Source of the DNA: an uncultured Muribaculaceae bacterium | GTDB lineage: Bacteria; Pseudomonadota; Alphaproteobacteria; Rs-D84 | DNA length: 38,784 bases | NCBI GenBank assembly: GCA_964545825.1 | Contig: CAZJGX010000001.1 | Span: 1-38,784, forward strand | Reading direction: 5' to 3' | Shown: positions 1 to 9,263 of the stretch, one piece after another | Layout of the letters: every line of letters starts with the position of its first letter | How positions within the stretch are numbered: position 1 is the first letter of the stretch | Translations under genes and position numbers: made by a program | The notes under the pieces: generated by a model | Seen by the model: the letters and a program-made list of their open reading frames with translations, nothing else | The model's database searches: none | What the model was told of the DNA's origin: nothing

Positions 1-1322
1 ATGTATTGGATGAACCGTCAATTGGGCTGCATCAAAGTGATAATGATAAATTGTTAGATACACTGAAAATGTTGCGTGATAAAGATAATACAGTTATCGT
101 TGTTGAACATGACGAAGATGCAATGTTGGCGGCGGATTACTTGGTTGATATTGGTCGTGGCGCGGGTGTAAATGGTGGTAATATCGTGGCACATGGTACA
201 CCACAACAGGTTATAAAAAACAAAGATTCTTTGACGGGACAATATCTGTCTGGAAAGCGTAAAATAGATGTTCCAAAGGTTCGGCGCAGTGGTAATGGAA
301 AAACAATTTCTGTTCATGGGGCGCGTGAAAATAATCTTAAAAATGTGGATGTTGAATTTCCGCTGGGTAAATTTATTGCGCTGACTGGTGTGTCTGGGTC
401 TGGTAAATCCACATTATTGTTAGATACGCTGTATCCTGCATTAATGCGTGCGTTATATAATTCAAAATTGGAAACCGGTGCGCACGATATTATTCGCGGT
501 ATGGAAAACGTAGACAAGGTTGTTGATATCGATCAATCACCAATTGGTCGTACGCCGCGCAGTAATCCCGCAACATATACAGGTGTGTTTTCCAATATAC
601 GTGATTTCTTTGCCGGATTGCCAGAGGCTAAGGCGCGTGGGTACGGGCCTGGGCGATTCTCGTTCAATGTCAAGGGCGGCCGGTGCGAGGCATGTCAGGG
701 TGATGGCCAGATAAAGATAGAAATGAATTTCTTGGCAGATGTATATGTTGAGTGCGATAAATGTCACGGTGCACGCTATAACGAAGAAACTTTGGCGGTA
801 AAGTATAAAGGCAAATCAATTGCGGATGTCTTGAATATGACTGTGGACGAGGCGTATCGTTTCTTTGTTAATGTACCACAAATTTCGCGTAAATTAGAAT
901 TGCTGAAACGTGTTGGTTTGGATTATATCAAACTGGGGCAAAGTTCATTGGAATTATCCGGTGGCGAGGCTCAGCGTATCAAATTGTCAAAAGAATTAGC
1001 CGCACGCAGTACCGGTCAGACCATATACATATTGGATGAACCCACAACAGGGTTGCATTTTGAAGATATAAAGATGTTATTGGGTGTTTTGCACGAATTG
1101 GTAGAACAGGGCAATACCGTTATCGTGATTGAACATAATCTGGATGTGATAAAGACCGCGGATTGGATTATTGACCTGGGGCCACACGGTGGTGCCGGCG
1201 GTGGTCAGATTGTGGCAACCGGTACACCGGAACAGGTTGCCGTGTGTGAAGACTCTTTGACAGGTCTGTACTTAAAAAAGTATCTGGACAAATCGTCAGG
1301 AAAAAAAGTAAAATCTAAATAA
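1..1322 (+). CDS. uvrA: excinuclease ABC subunit UvrA, C-terminal part (5' end outside window; reading frame starts at nt 3)
   Basis: LDEPSIGLH signature, second ABC ATPase with Walker [10 protein letters not shown], zinc-finger [32 protein letters not shown]. Confidence 0.95.
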   Translation, partial: VLDEPSIGLHQSDNDKLLDTLKMLRDKDNTVIVVEHDEDAMLAADYLVDIGRGAGVNGGNIVAHGTPQQVIKNKDSLTGQYLSGKRKIDVPKVRRSGNGKTISVHGARENNLKNVDVEFPLGKFIALTGVSGSGKSTLLLDTLYPALMRALYNSKLETGAHDIIRGMENVDKVVDIDQSPIGRTPRSNPATYTGVFSNIRDFFAGLPEAKARGYGPGRFSFNVKGGRCEACQGDGQIKIEMNFLADVYVECDKCHGARYNEETLAVKYKGKSIADVLNMTVDEAYRFFVNVPQISRKLELLKRVGLDYIKLGQSSLELSGGEAQRIKLSKELAARSTGQTIYILDEPTTGLHFEDIKMLLGVLHELVEQGNTVIVIEHNLDVIKTADWIIDLGPHGGAGGGQIVATGTPEQVAVCEDSLTGLYLKKYLDKSSGKKVKSK

Positions 1323-1336
1323 AAGGAGTTTTGATA

Positions 1337-1858
1337 ATGTTTGGTTTTGGCAAGAAAAAAGAATCTGCAAAAATTGATGACGCGTCGATTGATGGTATTT
1401 CCGAAGAAAAAATCCCCAGCGGTATGAAGGAAACTGCCGCCCGCATGATGAGTGGTCAGTTTGACTTGAACGACATGTTGGCACAGTTAAAACAAATTAA
1501 GAAAATGAGTAATTTCAGCGGATTGTTGAAAATGGTGCCGGGCATGTCTGGTGCGGTATCCGCGATGAAGGAAAAAATCAAAGATGGCAGTGTCGATGCC
1601 CAAATTAAAATATTAGAGGCGATGACCCCTGCCGAACGCAGTGCACCAGACAAGATTTTTGCCAATGCAAAAACACGTATTGCCGAAAGTGCTGGTTGTA
1701 CTGTGCGTGATGTTGAACATATTATAAAACAATATACAAAAATGAAACAGCAGATGGCAATGATACAACGCATGGGCGGGATGGAGGCTGTTATGCAACG
1801 CATGCAGCAGGGTGGTGCCCAGCCTGGTAATTTTGGCCCAAAGCCTGCGGCAGCATAA
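1337..1858 (+). CDS. stand-alone SRP54/Ffh M-domain protein (no N or G domain)
   Basis: AAGGAG RBS at 1322-1327, 9 nt before the ATG at 1337. FDLNDMLAQLKQIKKM..LLKMVPGM..ILEAMTPAER..RIAESAGCTVRDV..KQYTKMKQQM, with a Met-rich tail, matches the Ffh M domain from the G-M linker onward. Confidence 0.8.
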   Translation: MFGFGKKKESAKIDDASIDGISEEKIPSGMKETAARMMSGQFDLNDMLAQLKQIKKMSNFSGLLKMVPGMSGAVSAMKEKIKDGSVDAQIKILEAMTPAERSAPDKIFANAKTRIAESAGCTVRDVEHIIKQYTKMKQQMAMIQRMGGMEAVMQRMQQGGAQPGNFGPKPAAA

Positions 1859-1872
1859 TAACGGGATAATAT

Positions 1873-2175
1873 ATGAAAATAAAATGGTCTAAGATTTTTG
1901 ATTGGTCTGTGACAGGTATCCAGGCGCCGTATATGTTGGCTGGGACGGCTGACGTGTTGGACGCGTATTGTGTAGAAGTTTTTTATCGCCACCATGGCCA
2001 GCGCAGATATTCGTTTCCGGTGACGCGTGACAGGGCATTGATTTCTGGACGTGAATTGGCACGTCAACGTGCGATGACGTTTTATAACAAAATGCGTCGT
2101 AAAATGCGGATTGGGTTGGGCTATGTACCAACGGTGATAAAAATTGTAACGCAAAGTCAAAATAGGGGATTGTAA
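1873..2175 (+). CDS. small hypothetical protein, paralogue A of a tandem pair
   Basis: 100-aa ORF. Shares FDWSV, Y.HHG, FP and A..F..KMR+ motifs with the next ORF. Its stop overlaps the next ATG (TAATG). Confidence 0.55.
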   Translation: MKIKWSKIFDWSVTGIQAPYMLAGTADVLDAYCVEVFYRHHGQRRYSFPVTRDRALISGRELARQRAMTFYNKMRRKMRIGLGYVPTVIKIVTQSQNRGL

Positions 2176-2432
2176 TGTTTTTTGGATGGACGCATTGGTT
2201 TGATTGGTCGGTTGCGTCTGTCAGTGAACCTGTTGAATTTTATCATCACGGTAATCGATTGCGGGTTGTTGCGTATCAGGTTGTGGTTCAGTATAACTAT
2301 CATGGTACGCGTACGGTGTTTTTTCCGATTGGTGATTATGGGCTGTTTGTTTCCTCTAATCATCAGGCATACACACAGGCAATGCAGTTTTGTGATAAAA
2401 TGCGCAAAAGGATTTTGCAAAAACAACGGTAG
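2175..2432 (+). CDS. small hypothetical protein, paralogue B of a tandem pair
   Basis: 85-aa ORF paralogous to 1873-2175, translationally coupled to it. Confidence 0.55.
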   Translation: MFFGWTHWFDWSVASVSEPVEFYHHGNRLRVVAYQVVVQYNYHGTRTVFFPIGDYGLFVSSNHQAYTQAMQFCDKMRKRILQKQR

Positions 2433-2457
2433 TTTTTATGAAAATACTTAATAAAAA

Positions 2458-2515
2458 TTCCGCACTCGTCCTATGACTGCCACCAAAGATGGTGGCGCAC
2501 ACGGACTCTGCGGAA
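2458..2515 (+). repeat. imperfect long hairpin (TTCCGCA/TGCGGAA, GTCC/GGAC, GCCACCA/TGGTGGC) lying between the two copies of a 20-nt direct repeat (2438-2457 and 2531-2550)
   Basis: Inverted repeats read directly. The direct repeat ATGAAAATACTTAATAAAAA duplicates the rlmE start. Confidence 0.6.
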
Positions 2516-2530
2516 TGACAAGGACAGCGG

Positions 2531-3193
2531 ATGAAAATACTTAATAAAAAAATTGCGGCAAAAAAATCGTCTGTTGCATGGATTCAACGCCAGGCAAATG
2601 ACCCTTATGTTGCGCGGGCGCACAAAGATGGATATCGTGCGCGGGCGGCATATAAACTGATTGAAATGAACGAAAAATTTCGTTTCTTGAAAAATGGCCA
2701 GGTTGTGGTTGATTTGGGTGCGGCGCCGGGATCGTGGACGCAATACGTTATGCGTGAATTTCCGCGCAGCAAAGTTTTTGCAATGGATTTATTGGAAATA
2801 ACACCGATTCCAGGGGTTGAATTTTATCAGGGTGATTTTACAACAGATGCCGCATTGGATTGGCTGGTTCAGAAATTAAATTTGCCGGCGGACGCCGCAG
2901 AACATGGAACAGTTGATGTTGTTATGTCTGATATGGCGCCAAATACTGTGGGGCATAAAAAGACAGATCATATACGTCAGATGGTATTGTTGGAATATGC
3001 TTTTGATTTCGCATTGCGTGCATTAAAGCCGGGTGGGACATTTGTTGCAAAATCTTTTACCGGCGGCACGACAAACGAATTATTAAAACAAATCAAAGAA
3101 AAATTTGAATCTGTACATCATATGAAACCGCCGGCCTCGCGCAAGGATAGCGTAGAAATGTTTATTGTTGCGACCGGATTCAAAGGCAAATAA
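2531..3193 (+). CDS. rlmE: 23S rRNA (uridine2552-2'-O)-methyltransferase RlmE/FtsJ
   Basis: SSVAWIQRQANDPYV..A.KDGYRARAAYKL, SAM motif DLGAAPGSWTQY, DVVMSDMAPN. Confidence 0.9.
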   Translation: MKILNKKIAAKKSSVAWIQRQANDPYVARAHKDGYRARAAYKLIEMNEKFRFLKNGQVVVDLGAAPGSWTQYVMREFPRSKVFAMDLLEITPIPGVEFYQGDFTTDAALDWLVQKLNLPADAAEHGTVDVVMSDMAPNTVGHKKTDHIRQMVLLEYAFDFALRALKPGGTFVAKSFTGGTTNELLKQIKEKFESVHHMKPPASRKDSVEMFIVATGFKGK

Positions 3194-3254
3194 TTTGTTG
3201 ACAATTTAGTATTTTTGTATAACATATAATGTGTGTTGTAAACAAGGATTTACT

Positions 3255-3686
3255 ATGAAATTAAATGATGTTGTTAAAAATATAAAGGGTCTTCGTGTGT
3301 CTACGGATGCAAAGATTTTGATTATTGGGTTATTAGTTTTGATTGGTGTTGACCGTGGATGTTCATCTCATAAAGATGTTGATACGACCGAAATAGATAA
3401 AGAAATTGTTGGTGCCCAGGCGGCATTACGTGCGGCCCAGGTACGTTATCAAGAATCTGCGGCGTTGCATAAAATGTATAAACATAAATGCGATTCGCTG
3501 TGTCCTGTTGTTGGGGTGCCGGAAAATCCGGCTGACCGCGAACGCAAGAATATTCAATGGCGTCAGTATCGTGATTCTGTATCAAAATATGGTGACCGCA
3601 GTATTGATATGGAAATTGCGCGTGACTGGGCAAAATTGCGTGTCGATACGTTGATGTCAAAACGTGATAGGATGAAAATGCGCTAA
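3255..3686 (+). CDS. hypothetical membrane-anchored protein
   Basis: ATG 3255 preceded by AAGGA. N-terminal hydrophobic segment ILIIGLLVLIGV, charged helical remainder, followed by a strong terminator. Confidence 0.5.
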   Translation: MKLNDVVKNIKGLRVSTDAKILIIGLLVLIGVDRGCSSHKDVDTTEIDKEIVGAQAALRAAQVRYQESAALHKMYKHKCDSLCPVVGVPENPADRERKNIQWRQYRDSVSKYGDRSIDMEIARDWAKLRVDTLMSKRDRMKMR

Positions 3687-3694
3687 GTTTTAAA

Positions 3695-3724
3695 TAAAAA
3701 AACGCACAACTGTGCGTTTTTTTA
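3695..3724 (+). terminator. intrinsic terminator
   Basis: AACGCACA-AC-TGTGCGTT hairpin followed by a T run. Confidence 0.8.
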
Positions 3725-3725
3725 T

Positions 3726-3993
3726 TTGTTTTTATTACTGCTGCATTATATAATTAAAATGTCAATAGGTATTCTGTTGACGGGGTGTGATGACCTCTGC
3801 CATAGCGTCGGGATATATACTCATGGCGCATATAATGCGCTGTTTTTTTTATTGCGACGAAACTATCTCCTGACCTGTGGTCAGGAGGGTTGTGAATATA
3901 TTGAATAAGCACACAATTCTATGGATTGTCATCAACCTCCTGGCCACTAAATTTTTGGTGGTTTTTTGTTTAACAAAATTAGGAGATTAGACA
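3726..3993 (+). promoter_or_regulatory. promoter + structured 5' leader, copy 1 of the repeated leader family
   Basis: -35 TTGTTT 3726-3731, 17-nt spacer, -10 TATAAT 3749-3754. 5' hairpin 3762-3780. GC hairpin 3826-3840 plus U tract. CTCCTGACC 3867-3875 / GGTCAGGAGGG 3879-3889 / CAACCTCCTGGCC 3933-3945. CCAC..GGTGG plus T6 at 3944-3967. AGGAG 3981-3985. ATG 3994. Confidence 0.8.
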
Positions 3994-4410
3994 ATGAAAA
4001 AAATATTGATTCCCGGCATTTTTATAACATGTATTGGTGTTGCCAGTGCGGCAACTGTAAAGTGTATTGCATTTAATACACAAACGGCATGCACTTATGA
4101 TAATCCTGGTGATTATGTAGATTTTACAGCCTATTGTGGTGGTATCACGGTCAGGGGGCTTGGCTATTGTTCAGAACAAAGTGGCAGCAGTGTCGGGTCT
4201 ACGACAATGGATTTGGAAAAGTCAAAAGGTATATATTGTTGGTGTCGTATGGTTTCGCCTGCATTATCCAATTGGGTATATTTGGAAAGTGCCATGGATA
4301 GTAGTCAGTGTGTGCATACGTGCAGCATAGATTGTGCGATTGCGTTGAATGATAGCAGGACGAAGGGTTCCAGTATGCGTCAAGGTATGTTTAATTCTGC
4401 CATTTATTAA
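3994..4410 (+). CDS. secreted cysteine-rich protein (138 aa)
   Basis: Signal peptide MKKILIPGIFITCIGVASA. Many Cys in the mature part. Preceded by leader copy 1 and an AGGAG RBS. Confidence 0.7.
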   Translation: MKKILIPGIFITCIGVASAATVKCIAFNTQTACTYDNPGDYVDFTAYCGGITVRGLGYCSEQSGSSVGSTTMDLEKSKGIYCWCRMVSPALSNWVYLESAMDSSQCVHTCSIDCAIALNDSRTKGSSMRQGMFNSAIY

Positions 4411-4423
4411 ATAGGATTGTGAA

Positions 4424-4729
4424 ATGAGGCAAATAAAGAAAATATTAGTTGTGTTGATTTGTCATTTGATGGTGTATGGTGCGTATGCCGCCACACCGTC
4501 AACCCAATGTCCATCCGGATATGTGACAATTGTTGAACCGTATACGATAATAGGATATCCGTATTGTGAATCTGTTGGCTCAATTATCCCAACGGAAATT
4601 GAACGTATAACAACGTGTTTGACTGATTCACCAGAAGCGGTTTGTACAATGTTTGTGCCGCGTGGTACGAAATATCAGGATGAAAGTGGTGAATACCAAT
4701 ATTCTGAACCATGTGCATTGGAACCATAG
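4424..4729 (+). CDS. secreted cysteine-rich protein (101 aa), second gene of the bicistron
   Basis: Signal peptide ..LICHLMVYGAYA, AGGA RBS, starts 13 nt after the preceding stop, terminator follows. Confidence 0.65.
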   Translation: MRQIKKILVVLICHLMVYGAYAATPSTQCPSGYVTIVEPYTIIGYPYCESVGSIIPTEIERITTCLTDSPEAVCTMFVPRGTKYQDESGEYQYSEPCALEP

Positions 4730-4731
4730 AT

Positions 4732-4757
4732 AAAACACCCGTGACGGGTGTTTTTTT
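4732..4757. terminator. intrinsic terminator between convergent genes
   Basis: ACACCCG-TGA-CGGGTGT plus T7, with an A run upstream. Confidence 0.8.
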
Positions 4758-4790
4758 ATAATGGCTTTATATAGATTATATGAATTTATT

Positions 4791-5219
4791 TTACTTTAAA
4801 CTTTCGGCGGCGGTACGTGCCAATTCATCGCAACGCTCATTAAATTCTTCGCCGGCATGACCTTTGACCCAGACCCAATGGATTTTTATGTTTTGGGCCA
4901 ATTGGTCTAATTGTTGCCATAAGTCTTGATTTTTAACAGGTTTGTTTGTTCGTGTGCGCCAATTGTTGCGTTTCCAATTGTGCATCCAGGATTCCATACC
5001 TTCTTTTACATACTTGCTGTCTGTGTGTAATTCTACGTCCGTATGACGGTGTGCCGCACGCAATGCACGTATTACGGCCATCAATTCCATCCGATTGTTT
5101 GTAGTATCTTTTTCACCGCCTGAACGTTCTGCAACATTAACGCCGTCTGTGGCAATAAATCCCCATCCGCCGGGGCCCGGATTGCCTAAACAAGAGCCGT
5201 CTGTCCAAATTTTTATCAT
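4791..5219 (-). CDS. rnhA: ribonuclease HI
   Basis: IWTDGSCLGNPGPGGWG..TNNRMEL..HTDSKYV..W.WVKGHAG...NE.CDELA. Confidence 0.95.
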   Translation of the reverse strand: MIKIWTDGSCLGNPGPGGWGFIATDGVNVAERSGGEKDTTNNRMELMAVIRALRAAHRHTDVELHTDSKYVKEGMESWMHNWKRNNWRTRTNKPVKNQDLWQQLDQLAQNIKIHWVWVKGHAGEEFNERCDELARTAAESLK

Positions 5220-5256
5220 TTTTTTTACATGCCTTTTTATGGTATAATATTATACC

Positions 5257-7062
5257 ATGAGATACACATCAAAACAATTAAAAGAAATGTCAAATTCTGT
5301 CCGCAGTAATGCGTTGCAGGCGGTGCGTTCTGCGATGTCGGGGCATGTTGGTATTGTGCTGGGGGCATCTGATATTGTGACAACAATTTTTGCAAATTTT
5401 TTGCGTCGTGGACGTGATAAATTTGTTTTGTCGGCAGGTCATGGCAGTGCGTTGTTATATTCGGTATTAAAACTGGCGGGATATGATATTGGTGATTTGA
5501 ACAGTTTTCGTAAAATCGGTGGATTACCCGGACATCCAGAGTTTGGCGTTGATGGGGTTGCAGCAACAACAGGGCCGCTGGGCCAGGGTGTTGGAAACGC
5601 AGTTGGTATTGCATTGGCGGAAAAAATAAAAAAATCAGACGGTATGGTTTATTGTCTGTGCGGTGATGGTGATTTGATGGAAGGTGTCGCCCAAGAATCA
5701 ATCGCATTTGCCGGAATTTATAAATTAAATAATCTGGTGTTGTTGTGGGATGATAACAAAATCAGTATTGATGGTGTGGCGCTGACTGATGTTGATGTGC
5801 CGATGCGGATGCGTGCGGCGGGCTGGCGCGTGATAACGGTTAATGGTGATGATTTTGGGGCGATAAATCGTGCATTATCACGTGGCACGGCATCAAAATA
5901 TCCAACATTTATTCAGTGTAAGACGCAAATTGGTCGTGGGTCATCGGTTGCGGGCACTGCGCGTGCGCATGGTTTGGCGCTGTCTGCGGCGGAATTAGAT
6001 AATTTAATAGAAAAATATGCCTCGTCACGTGGTGCGCAATTGTGGGCGGATGTTGCGCGTGATGCACCGGCGAAATATGTTCAAAATCCGTTGGATGTTG
6101 CATTGCAAAATGTTGATATGCCGACTGTTGATGGCGATATATCAACGCGCGAATTATCGGGAATTTATTTAAATGCCTTGGTTTCATCTGGTGTGCGTTT
6201 AATTGGGGGCAGTGCGGATTTATCGGCCAGTACAAATGCACGTTCGTCGTCGCATATTGATATCGCACCCGGTAAGTTTTCAGGAAACTTTATAAATTAT
6301 GGTGTTCGCGAACATGCAATGGGTGCGATTATGAACGGACTGGCGTATGCGGGATTGCGGCCATATGGGTCAACGTTCTTGGCGTTTTCTGATTATATGC
6401 GCCCCAGTATTCGCCTGGCGGCGTTGTCAAAGTTGCCGGTGATTTATGTGTTTACCCATGACAGTGTTGCTGTTGGTGAAGATGGGCCAACGCATCAGCC
6501 GGTTGAGCAATTGGCATCCCTGCGATTGATACCGAATTTAAATGTATTTCGTCCCTGTAATGAGGCTGAGGTCGCAGCCGCTTGGCGCATTGCGATTCAA
6601 AGTACCGACAGGCCGTCGTGTATAATTCTGTCACGCCAGAAAATTAAACAGATTCCAACACCGCGTACGCATATTGTAGATATTGCGCGTGGTGGATATA
6701 TTATTCATGCGGCGCGTGGTCGTACGGTTTCTGCGACAATTATTGCCACCGGGTCGGAGGTTCCACTGGCAGTTGCCGTTGCAAAAAAATTAGGGCCGTC
6801 AGTTCAGGTGGCCAGTTTTCCTGATGTTGCGTCGTTCTGTGCGCAGTCTGCATTATATAAACGCAAGATTTTGCGTGGAAAACTAATCGCGATAGAGGCG
6901 GCATCGCCAACGCCGTGGTTTTCAATTGCGGATATTGTATTTGGTATTGATGAATTTGGTATGTCGGGGCCGGGGGATATGGTTTATTCTGCATATGGAT
7001 TTGATGCAGATACAATTGCGTCGGAAATAAAGGATTATATTGGTGGCGGTCGCCGTGTCTGA
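5257..7062 (+). CDS. tkt: transketolase
   Basis: SGHVG.., HPE.., TTGPLGQG, GDGDLMEGV TPP motif, GVREHAM, HDSVAVGEDGPTHQPVE. Confidence 0.93.
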   Translation: MRYTSKQLKEMSNSVRSNALQAVRSAMSGHVGIVLGASDIVTTIFANFLRRGRDKFVLSAGHGSALLYSVLKLAGYDIGDLNSFRKIGGLPGHPEFGVDGVAATTGPLGQGVGNAVGIALAEKIKKSDGMVYCLCGDGDLMEGVAQESIAFAGIYKLNNLVLLWDDNKISIDGVALTDVDVPMRMRAAGWRVITVNGDDFGAINRALSRGTASKYPTFIQCKTQIGRGSSVAGTARAHGLALSAAELDNLIEKYASSRGAQLWADVARDAPAKYVQNPLDVALQNVDMPTVDGDISTRELSGIYLNALVSSGVRLIGGSADLSASTNARSSSHIDIAPGKFSGNFINYGVREHAMGAIMNGLAYAGLRPYGSTFLAFSDYMRPSIRLAALSKLPVIYVFTHDSVAVGEDGPTHQPVEQLASLRLIPNLNVFRPCNEAEVAAAWRIAIQSTDRPSCIILSRQKIKQIPTPRTHIVDIARGGYIIHAARGRTVSATIIATGSEVPLAVAVAKKLGPSVQVASFPDVASFCAQSALYKRKILRGKLIAIEAASPTPWFSIADIVFGIDEFGMSGPGDMVYSAYGFDADTIASEIKDYIGGGRRV

Positions 7063-7762
7063 TTATGTGTTTGTTTTATCCAGTGGTGAAAATATACCAA
7101 TTGTGATTACGACGCGGCGTGGTTTGCGCAACATCACATTGCGACCAAAAACGCGCCCGGTACGCGAAATTCATATTTCTAAGCCATGGCTGTCGCCGAC
7201 ATCAAGTGCGCTGCGCTTTGTTGAATCAAAGCGGCGTTGGATTGAACGAATTTTTGCCAACGCACCACAGAAAACGCATATCGTGCCGGGTGATATGATT
7301 GAATTCTTGGGGTGGCATGTACAGGTTTTGCATGACGCGTCACGTCGTGCAAATGCGTTTACCGTATGTGATGATAGTACGTGTGTTTTGGTTGTTGGGG
7401 GCGGTGCAGATATGTTTGAGCGCCGTGTTCGTGACTTTATAAAGGCTGAATTTTTAAAATCGGTTAAGCAAATGATACGTACCGCGCCGCGTGAATTTTG
7501 GCCACGGCAAATTGCAATCCGTGATACTACCAGCCGATGGGGCAGTTGTTCGACAACTGGTACAATGTCGTTTTCATGGCGTCTGGCGTTTGCGCCACGT
7601 GACGTTATGCGATATGTTGTGATGCATGAATTGGCACATACGCGGCATATGGATCACTCACCGGCGTTTTGGGCAACGGTGTCAGAACTGTATGGTTTTG
7701 GTGTGGAGCGTGCAAAACGTTGGTTGAATCAACATGGCGCAGAATTGCATCAATATTTTTAA
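7040..7762 (+). CDS. YgjP-like (DUF45 / M48-type) metal-dependent hydrolase; start codon uncertain (TTG 7040, GTG 7055 or GTG 7067)
   Basis: RWGSCS..G.MSFSWRL...P..V..YVVMHELAHTRHMDHSPAFW. Confidence 0.8.
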   Translation: MVAVAVSDYVFVLSSGENIPIVITTRRGLRNITLRPKTRPVREIHISKPWLSPTSSALRFVESKRRWIERIFANAPQKTHIVPGDMIEFLGWHVQVLHDASRRANAFTVCDDSTCVLVVGGGADMFERRVRDFIKAEFLKSVKQMIRTAPREFWPRQIAIRDTTSRWGSCSTTGTMSFSWRLAFAPRDVMRYVVMHELAHTRHMDHSPAFWATVSELYGFGVERAKRWLNQHGAELHQYF

Positions 7763-7957
7763 TTGCGTTAAATATTAAAAAACTTGAATTTTTTGCGTGT
7801 GTGCGTTATGATATGTGTGTGAAAAATAAAACAGTTTTCTTTGTTGCGTTGCATCACGCCCGTTGTGGCGGTTGTTTATAGCGTATTTTTATAAAATATA
7901 ATTTGACATTAATTTGTCATTGTTTTCATATCTTAAAAATAAAAACAGGATAAAAAA

Positions 7958-9262
7958 ATGGACTTAAAACCAACAAAACCATTATCAGGATTTATAGAAT
8001 TATTGCCGGCGGGCCAGCGGTGCTTTGATGTGTGTGCGGCGCGTATGTTGCGTGTTTTGCGTAATGCCGGATTTTCAAATCTGGATTTGCCGGCAATTGA
8101 ACGTGCCGAAGTATTGACGGACAAAGATAACTGGGATGAAATTGAAACCCAAATGTTCTTGTTTCAAAAGGGTGATACAAAAATGGGACTGCGGTATGAT
8201 GGTACGGTCGGGCTGTCGCGCTATGTTGCAGGTCACCTGAACGATTTAACATTTCCGTTTCGTGCGTCGCAATTTTCAAAACGTTATCGTGGTGAACGTG
8301 CACAGCGTGGCCGTTATCGCGAATTTTATCAAATGGATTTAGATATCATGGGCATAAACAGTTTGTCTACAAACTATGATGCCGAAATTATTTCCGTGAT
8401 TGGTCGCGCATTAGATTCGTGCCGTGAATTCATCGGTGAAAATCAGGTTCGTGTCGGTTCACGTCCGTTTTGGGATGCGTTGTTTGATTACCTGAATCTG
8501 GATGCGGAACAAAAGAAAAATGTATTTGTTCTGATTGATAAACGCGACAAAATGGGCGATGCGGATTTTGCAGAAGGGCTGCGTGATACATTAAATAATG
8601 AAAGCCAGGAAAATGAAATTAAGTCTGTATTTACAGATGGATATAATAAATTTTTGAATAAATCTGATAAGTTAGATGTGGCGATTTCTGAACTAACTGA
8701 TTTTATGAAAACGCTGAAAATGTTCGGGGTAAAAAATGCCGAAATTGATTTGTCGATTACCCGTGGTCTGGCGTATTACACAGGTTTGGTTTTTGAATTT
8801 AAGTTATTAAGTCATCCGGAATTGGGCACGGCGGCCGGTGGTGGTCGTTATGCGGATTTGGCCGGTAAATTCAGTAAAACAAAAATCATTGGTGTTGGTG
8901 CCGCGATTGGTTTTTCGCGTATATTTGTTGCGTTAATTGAATCTGGGGCAATTGATTTATCACAATTTGAAAATTCAATCGATGCGGTTGCGTTGGTTAT
9001 GGGGGGTGAAAACCTGGCCTATACAATGAGTGTTGTAAATATGTTAAGAGATGAAAATATCGCGGCCAGTGTATATTTGGATGCTGATAAAAAGTTTAAA
9101 AACCAAATTGAATATGCTGATAAAATAAAGGCTAAATACAGTATAATAATCGGTACAGATGAAGTAAAAAATCAGATGTTGTCTGTTAAAGATATGGTGT
9201 CCGGCAATCAGCAGAATTTGTCTGTACAAGATGCGATAAATTTATTAAAAGCGGTAAAATAA
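7958..9262 (+). CDS. hisS: histidine--tRNA ligase
   Basis: Class II motif 2 [41 protein letters not shown]-terminal HGTP anticodon-binding domain. Confidence 0.88.
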   Translation: MDLKPTKPLSGFIELLPAGQRCFDVCAARMLRVLRNAGFSNLDLPAIERAEVLTDKDNWDEIETQMFLFQKGDTKMGLRYDGTVGLSRYVAGHLNDLTFPFRASQFSKRYRGERAQRGRYREFYQMDLDIMGINSLSTNYDAEIISVIGRALDSCREFIGENQVRVGSRPFWDALFDYLNLDAEQKKNVFVLIDKRDKMGDADFAEGLRDTLNNESQENEIKSVFTDGYNKFLNKSDKLDVAISELTDFMKTLKMFGVKNAEIDLSITRGLAYYTGLVFEFKLLSHPELGTAAGGGRYADLAGKFSKTKIIGVGAAIGFSRIFVALIESGAIDLSQFENSIDAVALVMGGENLAYTMSVVNMLRDENIAASVYLDADKKFKNQIEYADKIKAKYSIIIGTDEVKNQMLSVKDMVSGNQQNLSVQDAINLLKAVK

Positions 9263-9263
9263 A

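Noticed and set aside
1456-2160. 234-aa minus-strand ORF.
   Set aside because: It is antisense to the well-supported Ffh M-domain gene and to small paralogue A. It has no recognisable motifs.
3781-3813. Partial resemblance of the leader 5' block (GGGGTG-TGAGA-ACCC ... GCCATAGCGTCGGGA) to THI-box/TPP riboswitch fragments, and of GGAGGGTCGTGA (copy 2 and the orphan) to the ZTP/pfl motif.
   Set aside because: The TPP P3 and P4/P5 elements (CCTGATCTGGATAATGCCAGCG) are absent. The ZTP-like string is not conserved in the other copies and there is no CCGCCTGGGC partner. The downstream genes are unrelated to either pathway. An Rfam scan is still advisable.
3726-3908. 60-aa ORF inside leader copy 1. 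The ORFs at 19351-19782(+) and 21577-21915(+) span leaders 3 and 4 in a similar way.
   Set aside because: Their frames and strands are not conserved between leader copies, and the two plus-strand ORFs lie antisense to the element. Conservation follows base-pairing, not codons, and there is no RBS.
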